The notes beneath the pieces were generated by a model. That model saw nothing but the letters and a program-made list of their open reading frames with translations. It had not been told where the DNA came from and made no database searches. DNA of 58,235 nucleotides, the filler included, from Sluysia triapertura (lineage: Eukaryota), in NCBI GenBank assembly GCA_046118255.1. It is 4 parts of 4 records of this genome, joined end to end, with 100 filler letters (N's around TTAATTAATTAA, not from the genome) between each part and the next. Parts side by side here need not be neighbours in the genome. Positions count along the whole stretch, not along the records: positions 1 to 15,149 come from JBJNIA010237553.1; 3 more parts are not named here. One strand, 5' to 3'. This document shows positions 1 to 13,320 of the stretch, in pieces; position 1 is the first letter of the stretch; each line of letters starts with the position of its first letter. The position numbers were made by a program, and so were the translations under genes.

Positions 1-70
1 TTGTCGCAATTTTATTATCGCGTTATACGAAATCGCGTAATTGGGGGTCGCGTTATACGGGGTCCGACTG
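1..70. mobile_element. End of a pogo/Tigger-like (Tc1/mariner superfamily) element or MITE
   Basis: Reverse complement reads TA|CAGTCGGACCCCGTATAACGCG, a pogo-type TIR next to a TA target; internal TCGCGTTATACG is repeated. The rest lies outside the window. Confidence 0.65.
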
Positions 71-1310
71 TATACATTTTTACTAGTACTTTGGCTTTCG
101 AAAGAGTTTAAAATTTATGATTATATATTAAGGATATGAAGGCGACTGTCTTTTATTATAAAAATGTAATCACTTTATTAAATATATAGGTTTTTGTGAT
201 GTTGATGATTTTCTTATTATTTAGTATTATTTAAAAACGGTTAGTAACAGTATTAGATTGGTATTTCTTCGGATGGTCATACTATTCTTAAACAGTGTAA
301 TCATCATCTTACAAGATTTGGTATATATTAGAGTGTGTAAACTGCGATAATCATAGAATTTACGCAAACATAACAATGGTAACCATGGGTATGCAAAGCA
401 TAATATTATATATCACATTCATGTAAGTATGGTTGGTTGTTAGATTAAGTGATTGCAGATGTTGCGACATGCGACTCACTTTTCTGATTAGTTTATCATT
501 AAAATCAGCTTTGACTAATTAAAATAAAACTCCATGCAAATACCCTAAGTTCCATGCACATGAAAATACAATATCATATAAATCCAATTAATTAACACCT
601 AATCCAAATTTAATATAATACTTACTCTAACCAATCCATAATAAAATGCGAAATATGCGAGAAGGTAGGGACTAGTTTAGCTGGGATATTTCTATCTAAC
701 CTTTTATTTCTAATCTATCTAAAAATAGTACCATGAAATAACGAAAGCTATTAAATAATAGTAACTTATAAAAACTTATATTTCGCTGAACACTTATATA
801 ACTGAACACAGGCTTTTCTGCAGGATTTTATGCTAAAGATTTATTTGGGAGGTCACTCGAACGTTTTGTAAGACCTTTAAACTTAAATAGCTTAATTAAT
901 GAATTCCCCAATTTGTTACTAAAATAATCAACAAAATGAATTAATTAATCAATATTGCTACGAAAAAGTGTAAATACATTTTGTACACAGTAAATGAATG
1001 TAAAATTCTATGTATAAAATATTGTTTTGATATTTAGTATGATTTTATTCAACTATTTAAAATGCTGATTCAAAAATATAGGATTTTAAGCCATTTTCAT
1101 AAACTTAAAATATACCAAGTTGATGGTTATAATACAAAGCAAATCAATTCTTTATATTTTTCGAATCAGTATTTTCTAAATAAAATTTCTTGATAATACT
1201 TCCAAATGTGACAGCTTTTGAACGGATACTTAATAATTATTATCAACAAAATTCTTCTGTAAATTTTGTATCGTTTTGTTTGAACGAAGATCTTCGGTTT
1301 TTCTAATGTA

Positions 1311-1886
1311 CAGCCGTGGCCTAATTATTACATTAAAGACGACCATTTTTGTGATAAAATTCAACATTTTTCAAGGATACTATAAAACTATCAATCAAAA
1401 GTGTATAAATACATGCTACTTACAACCGACAGTTGTCACGGAAAATGAAAAAATCGGAAAATAGCTACTTTCTCCAAAAAATTCTGGTGAAAGTAAAACA
1501 ATAGATAAAAATACAGAGATCCAAAGCATAGAGAAATTTTATTCATGTAGAATGTGATAACACAATTTACTACAAATCAAATATAAACAAAACGTTGTAT
1601 CAGTATTTTGTTATCCAATCATTTCCTGATCCTTAAAATCATGCCACGAATGAGCGTGGAGCACAACTCTTTGATCTCATCAACGTGATGCCATACTTTT
1701 ATCGGGGTTTCAACAAGTTCCGTCTTGGTGGTTAGATTATGGGTAGAAACTCTCCTTTTGACAATCTTCCACAGATTTTCTATGGGATTCATGTCTGGAG
1801 AGTTTCCAGGCCAGTGGAGAAAATATTAAGAGAAGCAAAGAAAAACATATTTTTCCTGTCTTAGTCTAATAACTTGGCCACCAGTG
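1311..1886 (-). mobile_element. Internally deleted Tc1-like transposon with transposase C-terminal remnant
   Basis: Minus strand ~1620-1845 reads HWPGNSPDMNPIENLWKIVKRRV...VW, the Tc1 signature. Imperfect TIRs CAGCCGTGGCCTAATTATTA (1311) and CACTGGTGGCCAAGTTATTA (reverse complement, ending 1886) are both flanked by TA. Confidence 0.8.
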
Positions 1887-4800
1887 TATGTCTTTTTGGG
1901 TCTTTCTTGCGCTTAAAAATTTATTNNNNNNNNNNNNNNNNNNNNNNNNNNNNNNNNNNNNNNNNNNNNNNNNNNNNNNNNNNNNNNNNNNNNNNNNNNN
2001 NNNNNNNNNNNNNNNNNNNNNNNNNNNNNNNNNNNNNNNNNNNNNNNNNNNNNNNCGATTCCGATACATTTGATTTACTGCATAAATAAAATTGGATTTA
2101 CAAATAATTCGATATATTTTGATTGGATTTAAAATTTGATATAAGTATACTTTGAATTTGAACATAATTTAATTACTTAGTCTTCGATTTATTTATGCAT
2201 CTTTTTAATTAACGATATAAGTTTAAATATCACTTTCTGTTAATACTATTCTTAGTTTATAATTTTATATTATTAAAGTTTACGTTTTTAAGGATTGGTA
2301 GAAAAATTTTATTTGATATTAACCAAGTAGCAGTTCACTAAGTGTAGCTGTGAATGATTTGAAGAATGTATGTCGCGATTTGCCAAGGACGAGACTAATA
2401 TACACAAACTGAATGTATCGACGGAGAATCTCTGCTATTTTCTTTTTGAATATGACTATGTTTACTTATCCGGAAAATAATTACGTTTACTTTCACCGAA
2501 GAAATTGCCATCGATTATGTTGGTACATATTATTCAAAAAATGATAAAAACAAAGAAACAGAGAGAATAAGTTTATGAATCTGATATGCATTAAGAAGTT
2601 AGATTTCCAAGAGAAAAAGAAGCAACTATTATTAAATTAAAAAATAGAAAAATATATCCAGAATTAAGGCCATACGTTAGCCTGATTGATAATAAGCAAT
2701 TTACAAATATTTTAACGAAATTAAGAAACATCGAGAGATCTAGAGCCGATCATTTATATATTTATATTAATTTATTAATTATATGAAGACAATTTTAATA
2801 TTATGTTAAGTATAATACTAACACAATATGTGATATTCGAGATTTAAGAAATAATTTTAATCCCAAAATTTATGAAACTGACTTTAAAAGAAATGGAAAT
2901 AAATAATCGAGGATTTGTCTATTATATATGTAGAATTACGATTTGTTAATTATTAATATTATTATGATAATCATAATATTGATGTGATACCTGGTTATAT
3001 CATTGATTTTAATGATAATTCTCATGTAGAAACAAGTGATAAAGAAACAAATACGAAAACCGAGTAGGCCATGAAAATGTGAATTTAATGATAATTTAGC
3101 AGTTTTAATTTATAAATCTACATAAGTTGAAAATAAATAATCAAATTAATGTAAAATTAAAAGAGGAAACTATTGACACATTTGTTGAACATTGATATTG
3201 ATATATTTAACAATATATTGATTGGACGATTGTAACATTACACATATTTATTATTGATTATTTAATACAATTATTATTCGAAATTATTAGTGATTATTTA
3301 TTACAATTATTATTTATTTGGAATAATTTACAATTATTTTATTATTTTTAAAGTACGTTATTTTTAATTTTTAATTAATTAATATTAATGTGACTATTGT
3401 AAAAAATATTTATAAAAAATATTTTATTTCAATAAAAAACATTTTAAAAAATATTTTAATAATAGTTTGTTTTAATCCGACCTTGAAAGATCAGATTACA
3501 ATTTGATATTGTAAAATAAAAGTAACAAAGACGGAACAAAAGAATGCATGAGATATAGTCACATGCTAAAAGATATCAAGTAAACATAGCGTAATAATGT
3601 ATCCAATAATTTTTAATTTTAATACCTTTTACATAAAAGTTTTAAGCAAATTATTATTTCGGTTTGTCACGTGTCCACGGCGGTTGTAAATACATTCATT
3701 ATATCAAATACAATGATTATACTAAATGCTCATTGTCGAGATTTTTGTGAATTGGATCAGCCTAACCTTTATTATACTATCCAGTTTTCAAATTTCAGAT
3801 ATCAAGCTGCCATGTGTCAAGAAGATATGTCGTTTATTGCTATTTAAGTAATAATTTCATTTTGTTTTTTTAATATTTCATCTGTTTGCTTTTGTCTTAG
3901 GTTTAGCCTATTACTGTTTGGTATGAATTTCAAAAATATTACATTAAAGACAAAATGGATAATGAGATAAAATCTAACTATTATATATCAAAGCATGAAA
4001 TAAATTTGATCCGGAAACTAGTATCTGAAACTAAGAAACATAGTTTAACTCATCTTGACGACCATATTTTAAGAATTGATCGTCTTTGCAATCATTTTGT
4101 AATGATTCGTACTTTGACACTGTGATTTATACATTGATTGTTGTAATATAATGAATAATTGATATATTAATATTGTTAATTATTGAGTTGTTACATTAAT
4201 AATGATATTTTAATTTCGGATTTTTCAAAAAAAATGTAAGCGATTTTAAATTTAATTTTAATGAAATTGTTTTTTTAAATTTTAAAATTAATGAAACTTG
4301 TTTTAATTTAATAATTAAAATAATTTGTTTTAATATGAAAATGTATGCTCATACCATCCTACTGATAAAATCTTTCTCGAATAAAACGTAGCTCTTCTGC
4401 ATATTTTATTGGTATACTTTGAACCTTATTAAATCTCGCAAACCATTAATAATTATTGAAACCTTAACAGTATTTGTACAATGAACTGAAGGAAAATTAT
4501 AGCCCAGAATAAATTTAACAATTATTATACAAAACGTCAAAACATAAATTGAGAAAAAATGATAATAATAATTAACCTTTAAAATACTTATGAAATAAAT
4601 TAATAATTGTCAATAATAATAATAAAGGTAGTGAATATTAAAGCACTTAGAACCTTAAAATAGGATCAAATCAAAAATTATATTAATTAATTAAAATCTT
4701 AATTAACTTAATTACTGAATCACACATTTTTATAAATAAGGGTTTAATTTAGTAAGATCTTTTGATGGGACAATTCTAAAATGTCAACTTTTTCATATTT

Positions 4801-5321
4801 AAATGTTGGAAAGATTATGAATTGTACATGAGATGATTGCTAAAAAAGAGGAAAATCTAGAAATATTTATAGAATGACTTGCTTGACAATGAAAACATTG
4901 AAATTTGAAAATAAATAACTGGAATTTAATTGAATTCTAAAATATCTAAAGTTAAATTCATTATTTTTGTATGTTACAATATTATTGATGAATGATTTAG
5001 GAGAAATAATAGTTGATCTTTTTAATCAAGTTTTGTGTTCTGTATCGTCAAAGCTATCAAAATGATATAAACAATCATCACTAAACCAACCACATTAAAA
5101 CAAAAATAAGCTTTAATTTTAATAACTGAATATGGAAATTTTACTTAATAATATTGTATGTATATATTGTATATAATTTGTAACTTAAATATAATTGGCT
5201 TATTTTATTGACTAATCACATTATTAAACAATAAATACTGAGAAGTAGCCGTTGTAATACAATACATAAGAATGATATGAAATATTTAAAATTGTCATTA
5301 AAGTAACTTTAATATGAAAAT

Positions 5322-6653
5322 ATGAATTCAAGTATAAGCATCTGTACGGTATCTCTAAGAGAATTTCAGTCAACATTCGCCAAGATATACGTACACGCTG
5401 CATTAATTATATGTATACTATCATTAATCACAAATATCAGTAATATCATTGTATTAAATCAACCGAAAATGCGAACTCCAACGAATATTATTTTATTGGC
5501 CATTGCTGTTAGTGATATTATTGTATGTTTATCTCAAACACCTTTGATAATTGCACAAAACTCACCCTATAGCACCAATTATTTATGGACACTTACTTAT
5601 CTAATCACTACTAACTTAGCACTATTATCACACACTGTCAGTCTATGGCTTGGCGTTGTATTGGCTGTATTTCGATATTTATATATTCGATTTTATCCCA
5701 CTCATATAGCGAAACTGTTTTTCGGAATGCAACGAGCAAAGCTCAGTATTTGTTTGACATATGTAATTTGGTTCTTTTTATTATTGCCATATTTAACAAC
5801 AATGAAAATAAAATCGAAAAATCACAACAATCAAACTTTCTTTTTAGCAACAAGATACAAAATTCATTCCATCGAAGAATATTCGTTTTGGTGTCTTGCT
5901 ATGATTGGTAAAATTATTCCTTGCATTTGTATAATAATTTTCGGTAGTTTATTATTATCTACACTTCAGTATGCTAATAGACATCATAAAATGCTTAAAC
6001 AAAATGTAACTGCACAAAAATCCACCACCACCACACTTGATAAACGTCAAAGTATATTTCTTGCAAAATCAAACACCGGTTCTAAACGTAGTCAAGATCA
6101 CCGTCGAACAACTCGAATATTAGTTTCGATAATTTTATTAACATTACCAACTGAATTACCAATAGCATGTCTAATGTTAACAACACGTATCAATGACGAT
6201 CATATTTGTATCTACAGACAACTTGGAGATTTAGTGGATTTTTTATCTTTATTGAAAAATTTTCTCACTTTTGTACTTTATTGCTCAATGTCAAGTGATT
6301 ATCGACGAGAATTCATAAGACAAATTGTAAAAATGCATTCTCATAATAGTGGTAATACTAACTCCAATTTTAATCATAATCAAAATACACACCATAATGA
6401 ATCATTACCAATCAAAAGTACAAGCATGAATATGACAAAATGTGCTCATTTGAGTGCTTGTGAAATTTCAATATCACCAACGACTCATCTGAATGATTAT
6501 GATTATGACGATAATAGTAATAATAATAAAGATATAAATGACGAAAACACAAATGATGACAACTTTAACGTCAATACTAATAAAAATCGATATTTATCAA
6601 TAAAAAATAAAATTCATAAAAACACATTTTCAACAACACTATTTAATCAATAG
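5322..6653 (+). CDS. Intronless class A neuropeptide GPCR, DmsR/myosuppressin-receptor (dmsr/Srw)-like, 443 aa
   Basis: Seven hydrophobic segments. Family motifs: NIIVL..MRTPTNIILLAIAVSD, HTVSLWLGVVLAVFRY, KIIPC, RRTTRIL, TELP, LGDLVD, LYCSMSSDYR. Asn/Asp-rich tail; AATAAA at 6665. Confidence 0.92.
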   Translation: MNSSISICTVSLREFQSTFAKIYVHAALIICILSLITNISNIIVLNQPKMRTPTNIILLAIAVSDIIVCLSQTPLIIAQNSPYSTNYLWTLTYLITTNLALLSHTVSLWLGVVLAVFRYLYIRFYPTHIAKLFFGMQRAKLSICLTYVIWFFLLLPYLTTMKIKSKNHNNQTFFLATRYKIHSIEEYSFWCLAMIGKIIPCICIIIFGSLLLSTLQYANRHHKMLKQNVTAQKSTTTTLDKRQSIFLAKSNTGSKRSQDHRRTTRILVSIILLTLPTELPIACLMLTTRINDDHICIYRQLGDLVDFLSLLKNFLTFVLYCSMSSDYRREFIRQIVKMHSHNSGNTNSNFNHNQNTHHNESLPIKSTSMNMTKCAHLSACEISISPTTHLNDYDYDDNSNNNKDINDENTNDDNFNVNTNKNRYLSIKNKIHKNTFSTTLFNQ

Positions 6654-7024
6654 AAATTATTAATAATAAAGTAACAGAACATTAATAAATTGATTTTTTA
6701 TTTTCACACAATATGATTCGAAAATATAATTGTAATAATAAAGATGTTAATTTGTTTATAAATTCAAAAAATAGTGAATTTATTGTATTTGTACTTTAAT
6801 GAAAGTTTATAGTAAATTATTTCAAATTTTCGATATATTTAGTAAATGTGATAAGTAAGTCAAATATTATTTACATGCAAACTTAATTTGTAAAGTAAAA
6901 CCTATTAATCTGTTTTTATTTAGTTTTGTTCGGTTTTATTAGTTGTTTAAGGAAAAAAGGCGTTACATTTTACAAGTTTTATAGCTTCAAGGTCATTAAT
7001 ACTTCATTTCTATATTTTCTTTTA

Positions 7025-7520
7025 AAATAATAATAATATATTAATTTATATTACGCTCATATCTACTGCAAAGTAAGTACTCAAAAGCGCTTAAAGTAAA
7101 TCATTTACTATAATATTTCTGAAACAGAAACAACTTGGCCTTTTTCTTAAATATTTCATAATATTCCAATAATTTGACATTTTCTAATAGATGGCTGAAT
7201 ATTTTAATAATTATATCGCTAATTATTATATTCATTTTGGTTTCCGAATTTTTTTTCCATAATTTGTAAATTATTGTCATTATTTTGAATTCTATTCTTG
7301 CTAGTATTGATAACCAATGCAATTATTTAAGATAAGACCTTCTTCTTTCTGATTGGTTCATTATTAATTGTGATTGTTGCATTTTTCTATACGGAATTGA
7401 ATATAGTATATACCATTTGTTAGTAGAGCTATTTATTATTTATTATTAAATTTTCCAATATTTGATATTTGCACTTTTAACAATACAATTATTGATATCC
7501 TTCTTGTTCATTTATATCTA
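7025..7520 (-). mobile_element. L2-clade LINE 3' fragment
   Basis: LHWLSILARIEFKIMTIIYK matches the L2 ORF2 C-terminus. It is followed by AAGCGCTTTTGAG...GAGCGTAATATAAAT and a (TAT)n tail typical of L2 3' ends. Confidence 0.75.
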
Positions 7521-7959
7521 ACTCCATTTTAATTTAACCACGATAAACATCTAATTGTAGATGGTCAAATGCTGAAAGCGAAATTAAAGCTACGCAATGA
7601 AAGCTGCTGTGTGGATTCAAAAATGAACATGGAAATAAAGTGTAAATATCAACTATTCGAAAATTTATTAACCATCTAAGGGCCCTAGCTAATATATCGA
7701 CATTTTACCAAATAGTTTTAGTATACATCTTAATTATATAATACCTCTGAAATAACCAATGACAATATTGATGATGGTTGACAGCACCAACAATCTGAAA
7801 TAAATAAATAACATTTTTATATTTAAGGAGAGAATTCGGATCATAGAGAAACTTATAACTAATAACATAGATTTTAACAATGGTATATGATAATGAGCTC
7901 CGAATAGGAAAGTTTAACAATCAGCAAGCAGAAGATCTCATATAACACCTTATTAATAA

Positions 7960-8235
7960 AAACAAGAATAGAATTCAAAATCATGACAATAATTTACAAA
8001 TGCTTACATTATAGAAGTTCTGAATATCTCTTAGACGAATATTCAGACATAATAATCTATAGGTTATTTCAAAAATATACAACCAGTTACCAGAGAATGT
8101 CAAATTACTGGAAGATTACGAAAATTTTCAGAAATATTATAATGAATAATTTATGTTATGCGCTTTTGAGTATTTATTTTATAATAGATATTAGAGAAAT
8201 ATAAATTGATATATTATTATTAATATTATTATTAT
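7960..8235 (+). mobile_element. L2-clade LINE 3' fragment (same family, plus strand)
   Basis: RIEFKIMTIIYKCL at ~7967-8006, then GCGCTTTTGAGTATTT...AATATAAAT...TATTATTAT end. Confidence 0.7.
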
Positions 8236-8286
8236 TGTTAATTTTTTATCGAGCACATTATATTTTACTTATTAAATGCTCACTAA

Positions 8287-8289
<3 letters not shown>

Positions 8290-8355
<66 letters not shown>
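8290..8355. repeat. (AAT)n microsatellite
   Basis: Directly visible, about 22 units. Confidence 0.95.
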
Positions 8356-8439
8356 CACAATAATAAGAATACATAATACATAATGTTAAAATATATTGTT
8401 ATACAATGTAACAATATTTATATAATGTTACAATCACAA

Positions 8440-8950
8440 TCACAACAATATATCATAATAGATTAAGTAAATACTCAAAAGCACTTAGAATAAATCATTA
8501 TTTATAATATTTCTTAAATAGAAATCACTTTTTTTTAATGTTTCATAATCTTCTAGTGTGATTTTACATTGTGTTATCTAGTAGTGTGTTTTGAAACAAA
8601 CGGTATATAAACTATTATTTATATTATTCATTTTGGTTTCCAATTTATTTAATATTTTTAATAGATATTCAGGACTTCCATAATGTAAGCATTTATACAT
8701 TATTTTCATAATTTTGAATTCTACTTTTTCTCATATTGGTAACAAATGTTGTTTTTTAAGATAAAGTTTTATCTGATACATTCTTATATGAAAAATTATC
8801 CTTGACGATTCCTTAGCAATTGCAATTTTTTGTGTGGAATTGAGTACAATATACTATTATTAAAATACATATATTATTAGTTATTAATAATTTTTTTAAT
8901 GTTTGATATTATCTTTAATTGTTATTAACATTTTCTTCTGCGTTCATTTT
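8440..8950 (-). mobile_element. L2-clade LINE 3' fragment (third copy)
   Basis: Similar to 7075-7500 (TACTCAAAAGC, TTCATTTTGGTTTCC, TTTTGAATTCTA, GATAA, GGAATTGA). Confidence 0.6.
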
Positions 8951-9873
8951 TGAATCCTTGTAGAATCCTGCATTTCTTATTTTTAGTTTCACTTCCAGCA
9001 TTTTACTATTTATAATTAACTATATTTCATTTTTCTTAGTATTGTGGCTGCTTTTATTACTGAAAATTATAAATTCTGACCTTTCTTTATTGATTTCCAA
9101 TATTTATTCTCAAACCATTTTATCATTTCAGTTATTTGTTCCTTTATTCTTTTAAATGTATTTTCTGCCACACATATTCAAACGATTCAATTATACTTTA
9201 ATCATCGTTGATATAAACAATGATACATTAATATTTAAAAACAGAACGGTTACGAATAAAGCTAAAAATCACATTTCCATATTATGTACTTTATTTTATA
9301 AAATACTATATTAATTATTATTCAATAGATTATTGGAATAATTTCGTTTTGAAAGTAAATTTTACATTTTGCGTTTAAGCAGTGTCCAACTTACGTATTA
9401 AGTTCCTTAAATAGTAAGTCTAACATAGAAAGAAAATAATATTTTGTTATATCATGTTATAATATCTGTCATATTTCTAGAATTGAAGCCTTTTAGTTGT
9501 ACATCGAAATATTTCTTAACAATGTACACTAAATCAAGAAGTTACAAATTTCTGCACTTAAAGTGTTTAAACAACGAAAAATCATTGAGAAACAAGTCAG
9601 GACTTTAAGATAGATGTTTTAATTCGGCTAATTCTAATTTTTCGATCAATTTTTACGTATTTAGGACATTATCATGGAAATAAAAACATAGGACGTTTTG
9701 GTAGTTTTATTTTCATTATTATAGTAATTTTTTCTTATTAATTTTGAATTCACGAAAAACCGAAATTATTTCCTTAGTCAATTGTAAAATAGCATTGTTA
9801 TTACTAACAATAAATTATTAATAAAATGCAATTAATACTAATTTTAATAAATGATTTTATATTATAATTTTAA

Positions 9874-10474
9874 CCATAGGATTACCAACAATAAAATAAG
9901 TAGGTTAGCACGCACGGAAAAAATTGTCCAAAATACATTTCTTTATTTTCAATAAATTGCATATTCAAAAACTCTCATTACATATTACTCCCTTCTTCGA
10001 ATCTAAAAGACAATTATTACATTTACTACACGTACTAGGAATTATTTTAGCTTTTTGCTTTTCTTCGCTTGTGACTGAATATTTATAACAAATAAAACAT
10101 CTTCCTCAGAATGTTGCTGTATTTAACTTTTTCTCTGGGCAAATGGCTTTGCAAACATCGGTGTGCAATCCTACAATGTTTCTTCTTTCTACGTGGGGCT
10201 TGACTAACGCAAAATTAAAATTGAAAATAATAAATAAAAATGATTTTAAATTATATGGAATATTTATAAAATTAAAATAGAGAAGTTTCAAAACTTCAGC
10301 TCAGTATGATTATTAATTATAAAAAAATTTATATATTTATTAAAATGATTATTAATTATTAACATATATTTATTAATTATGTTTATAATATGTTTATTAT
10401 AAAAAAATGCTTACTAATTATAAAAAAATTAAAATAACTGTGGACAATTTTGTCCACATTTTGTAATCGTAAGG
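9874..10474 (-). mobile_element. Non-autonomous piggyBac element keeping the transposase Cys-rich C-terminal domain
   Basis: TTAA on both sides (9870-9873, 10475-10478). TIRs CCATAGGATTAC / CCTTACGATTAC; subterminal palindrome GTGGACAATTTTGTCCAC. Minus frame ALVKPHVERR...F*GRCFICY...TCSKCNNC. Confidence 0.8.
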
Positions 10475-13320
10475 TTAATTTGGCATGATACAATTAAAGG
10501 TAGTTAGATTTACATTGTGGTGCTGTAAAAATGTTTGAAAGTGTGTTATCGTTAGCGAATGGATGATTTTAGGTTTTGACTCATCACAATAGGGGAATAA
10601 TGTTTTCGTTAAATACATGTTAAATGCAGTGTGTCCACGTATCTGTAAACTTGATATAATAAGTATAAAAACCTCATTAACTATAAACCTTTTGATATCT
10701 TTTAATGCAACAGATTATTTACAGTTATAAAATTAAAATAAAAGTATTAGTATACAGTCAATTAAAATGTTTTTATTAAAAATTTAAAAATTTAATCATT
10801 TCAAAATTGATTTAAACTATTAACAATAAATAAAATTAATTATATTTATTAAATATAATAAAATTACATTTAAAACTGACAACAATAATAATAAGTAACT
10901 GCGGTTTTTATTTACTCTCTAAGGGGCGAATTTTTTCTTAAATATAAAAAAAATTTATTTATTTTGGCATTTCAGGTTATTTCAGAGGCATTATATAATT
11001 AAGACGTATACATCATCATGTGAAAAACAATTTGGTAAAATGTGGATTGACCTGAAAGTTACAGAGGCTCATAGAAGGTTAAATTATTGAAAATTCGAAT
11101 ATTTTCTATTTGATTAACTGATTCGATCAAGATTAGATTTATCAAGAAATAATAAGAATAAACAGCATAATATTATTGACAAATCATCGTCGTGCATATT
11201 TCTGATTTAGAATAATTTGTTTATCTACATCTTATGTTTATCTTATTTCGATGTGAAAAAAATTAATGTATTGTTTTATGGTGAGTCTACGTCACCATTT
11301 TCCATTATTATTATTGATCAAAATACTTTAAAACACATCTCAACGACAGAGTGATTTACATAGATTCTTGACTTTTTTATTCAATTTAAACTCTTTCAAA
11401 TTTTTCATTATCATTATTATTATTATCATCATTTTATAGCATTTATTATTATAATTAAAATAATTATTAATGATTGATTATAAATAGTGTATTAATTGAA
11501 CTTTTGTGTTTAAAGAGCAAGAGGTTAACACAAAATACAAATTAACAACTCAATCCAACACAACTATTAAAAACCTAACAAATTACATACAACAATCGAA
11601 ATACCAGTTCCATATTTTTACATTGTTTCTATCTCTTAAAACACAACTTCCCATAACTATCTAGACTCAATATAACACATTAATTATAAAACTGTTTTAT
11701 AATAATCTAAAATTTATTATTATTATTACTATTATTATTTTGTTATCGTTACTCTATTATGTTTTCTACATATGTTATTAATTATTTTATTGTCGCCGTT
11801 GCAGTTTTCATTAACAAAAAATCTTGTAAAATTTTGTGAATCCAATCGACTTAAATTGCTATATGTAAGTGACGCAAATTCAAAATTACTTTAACTTAAC
11901 TGTTGCCAAACATAATAAAACTAATGAAAATAAGAATGAGTAGTACAAGGCCATATGAATATTATTTTATTAAGTAATGCTAAATATTTAAAAAATGCCA
12001 GAGCTGATATTATTATTTCTAGAGATTTAATTCGAGCTTTATAAGCAGCAGAAGAAATATTCAAGCTCAATTATCATGTTCCAAATAAACTAATTTTATA
12101 TAATGAATAAATTATTTAAAACTGATTTCAACATATTAAATGACAACATTAAATTACAGTAATGCTAAACTATTTGAAAATGAATTTGATTTTGAAACTT
12201 TAAAAGACAAATTACCACACGCTGATGACCAATATTAAATTCTAGAAATACAAATGATACTGATGATATTACTAATAGTATTTCAACCAATTTATAAACA
12301 AATTTACAAACTAAAATATTAAAATTAACAGATAAATCATTTTTGAAACTAATAGTGAAAGTAAGAAAACTTGTTTCTTTCCGAAAATCAAAATTTCAAT
12401 GAATTAAAGCGAAAATTCATTTATATATCAATGATTCAATTTCATTTAATATTTTATTGAAAGAAAATTAGCTAATAAATATTAAGTACAAACGATTTCA
12501 AATTATTAATAGATATTAATTATAAAACCAATTTTGGTATGTCAGCGATAATAATTGTATTTCTGAATTTAAAATGGGATCAACTGACAAACGCATTTGA
12601 TTACCGGTTCTTAAAAGTGATATTCTTGATCATGTACCAAACAGTAAGTTAAATAAAACATTTTTTAATATTCAGAGCAGTAAAAAATCAAATTAGGATT
12701 AGGTTTAAATTATCACAGTAAACAAAACGTAACTCCAGATTTAATTATAAATATGTCAGTTATTAATGAACATAAATTAAAACAAAAGCAGCTCCAATTA
12801 TAATGCTATCAAAAGAAATTATGCCTATAAAACCCATGGCAAATTGTTGACAAAAATATTTTATTTATGTTAATAGTTATTTAAATGTTTATTTTATTAG
12901 TTGCTTAGAACGGATAGACGGTCTACTAATTAATAATTTAGGATTTTAATTTAAATTTAATATATTTTATCCACTTAATTTCCTTAGTGAGAACCATTGC
13001 ATATAAAATTTGTGTTACTCATATTATACTCATCATCTGATTGTAAGAGTTACTATTTTAAGCATCTTTAATTTAAATGATATATTTCTTTATTGAACTC
13101 ACCTTTCAGAATCATAAATTTTATTATTCTTCCTTTAGTTTTAGCTTAAAAATTTCATTAAAAATCATTTTAGATTTAAATAATTCTAAGTTACTAAATA
13201 CATTTCTGTAAAACGTTTTAAATTAAAATTCACTTACATTTTTGTCATGTGAACATGGTAAATCTGGTATCACTAATTTTAAGATTATGCTATTATATAT
13301 TTATTTCATCATTTATACAG

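Noticed and set aside
1866-2165. ORF-track entries spanning N runs or microsatellites (also 16251, 29633, 34214, 43597, 56329)
   Set aside because: They are open only because of Ns or (AAT)n repeats.
11930-12860. Possible DNAJC27 Rab-domain exons
   Set aside because: Translations contain stops and lack GTPase motifs; more likely decayed element cargo.
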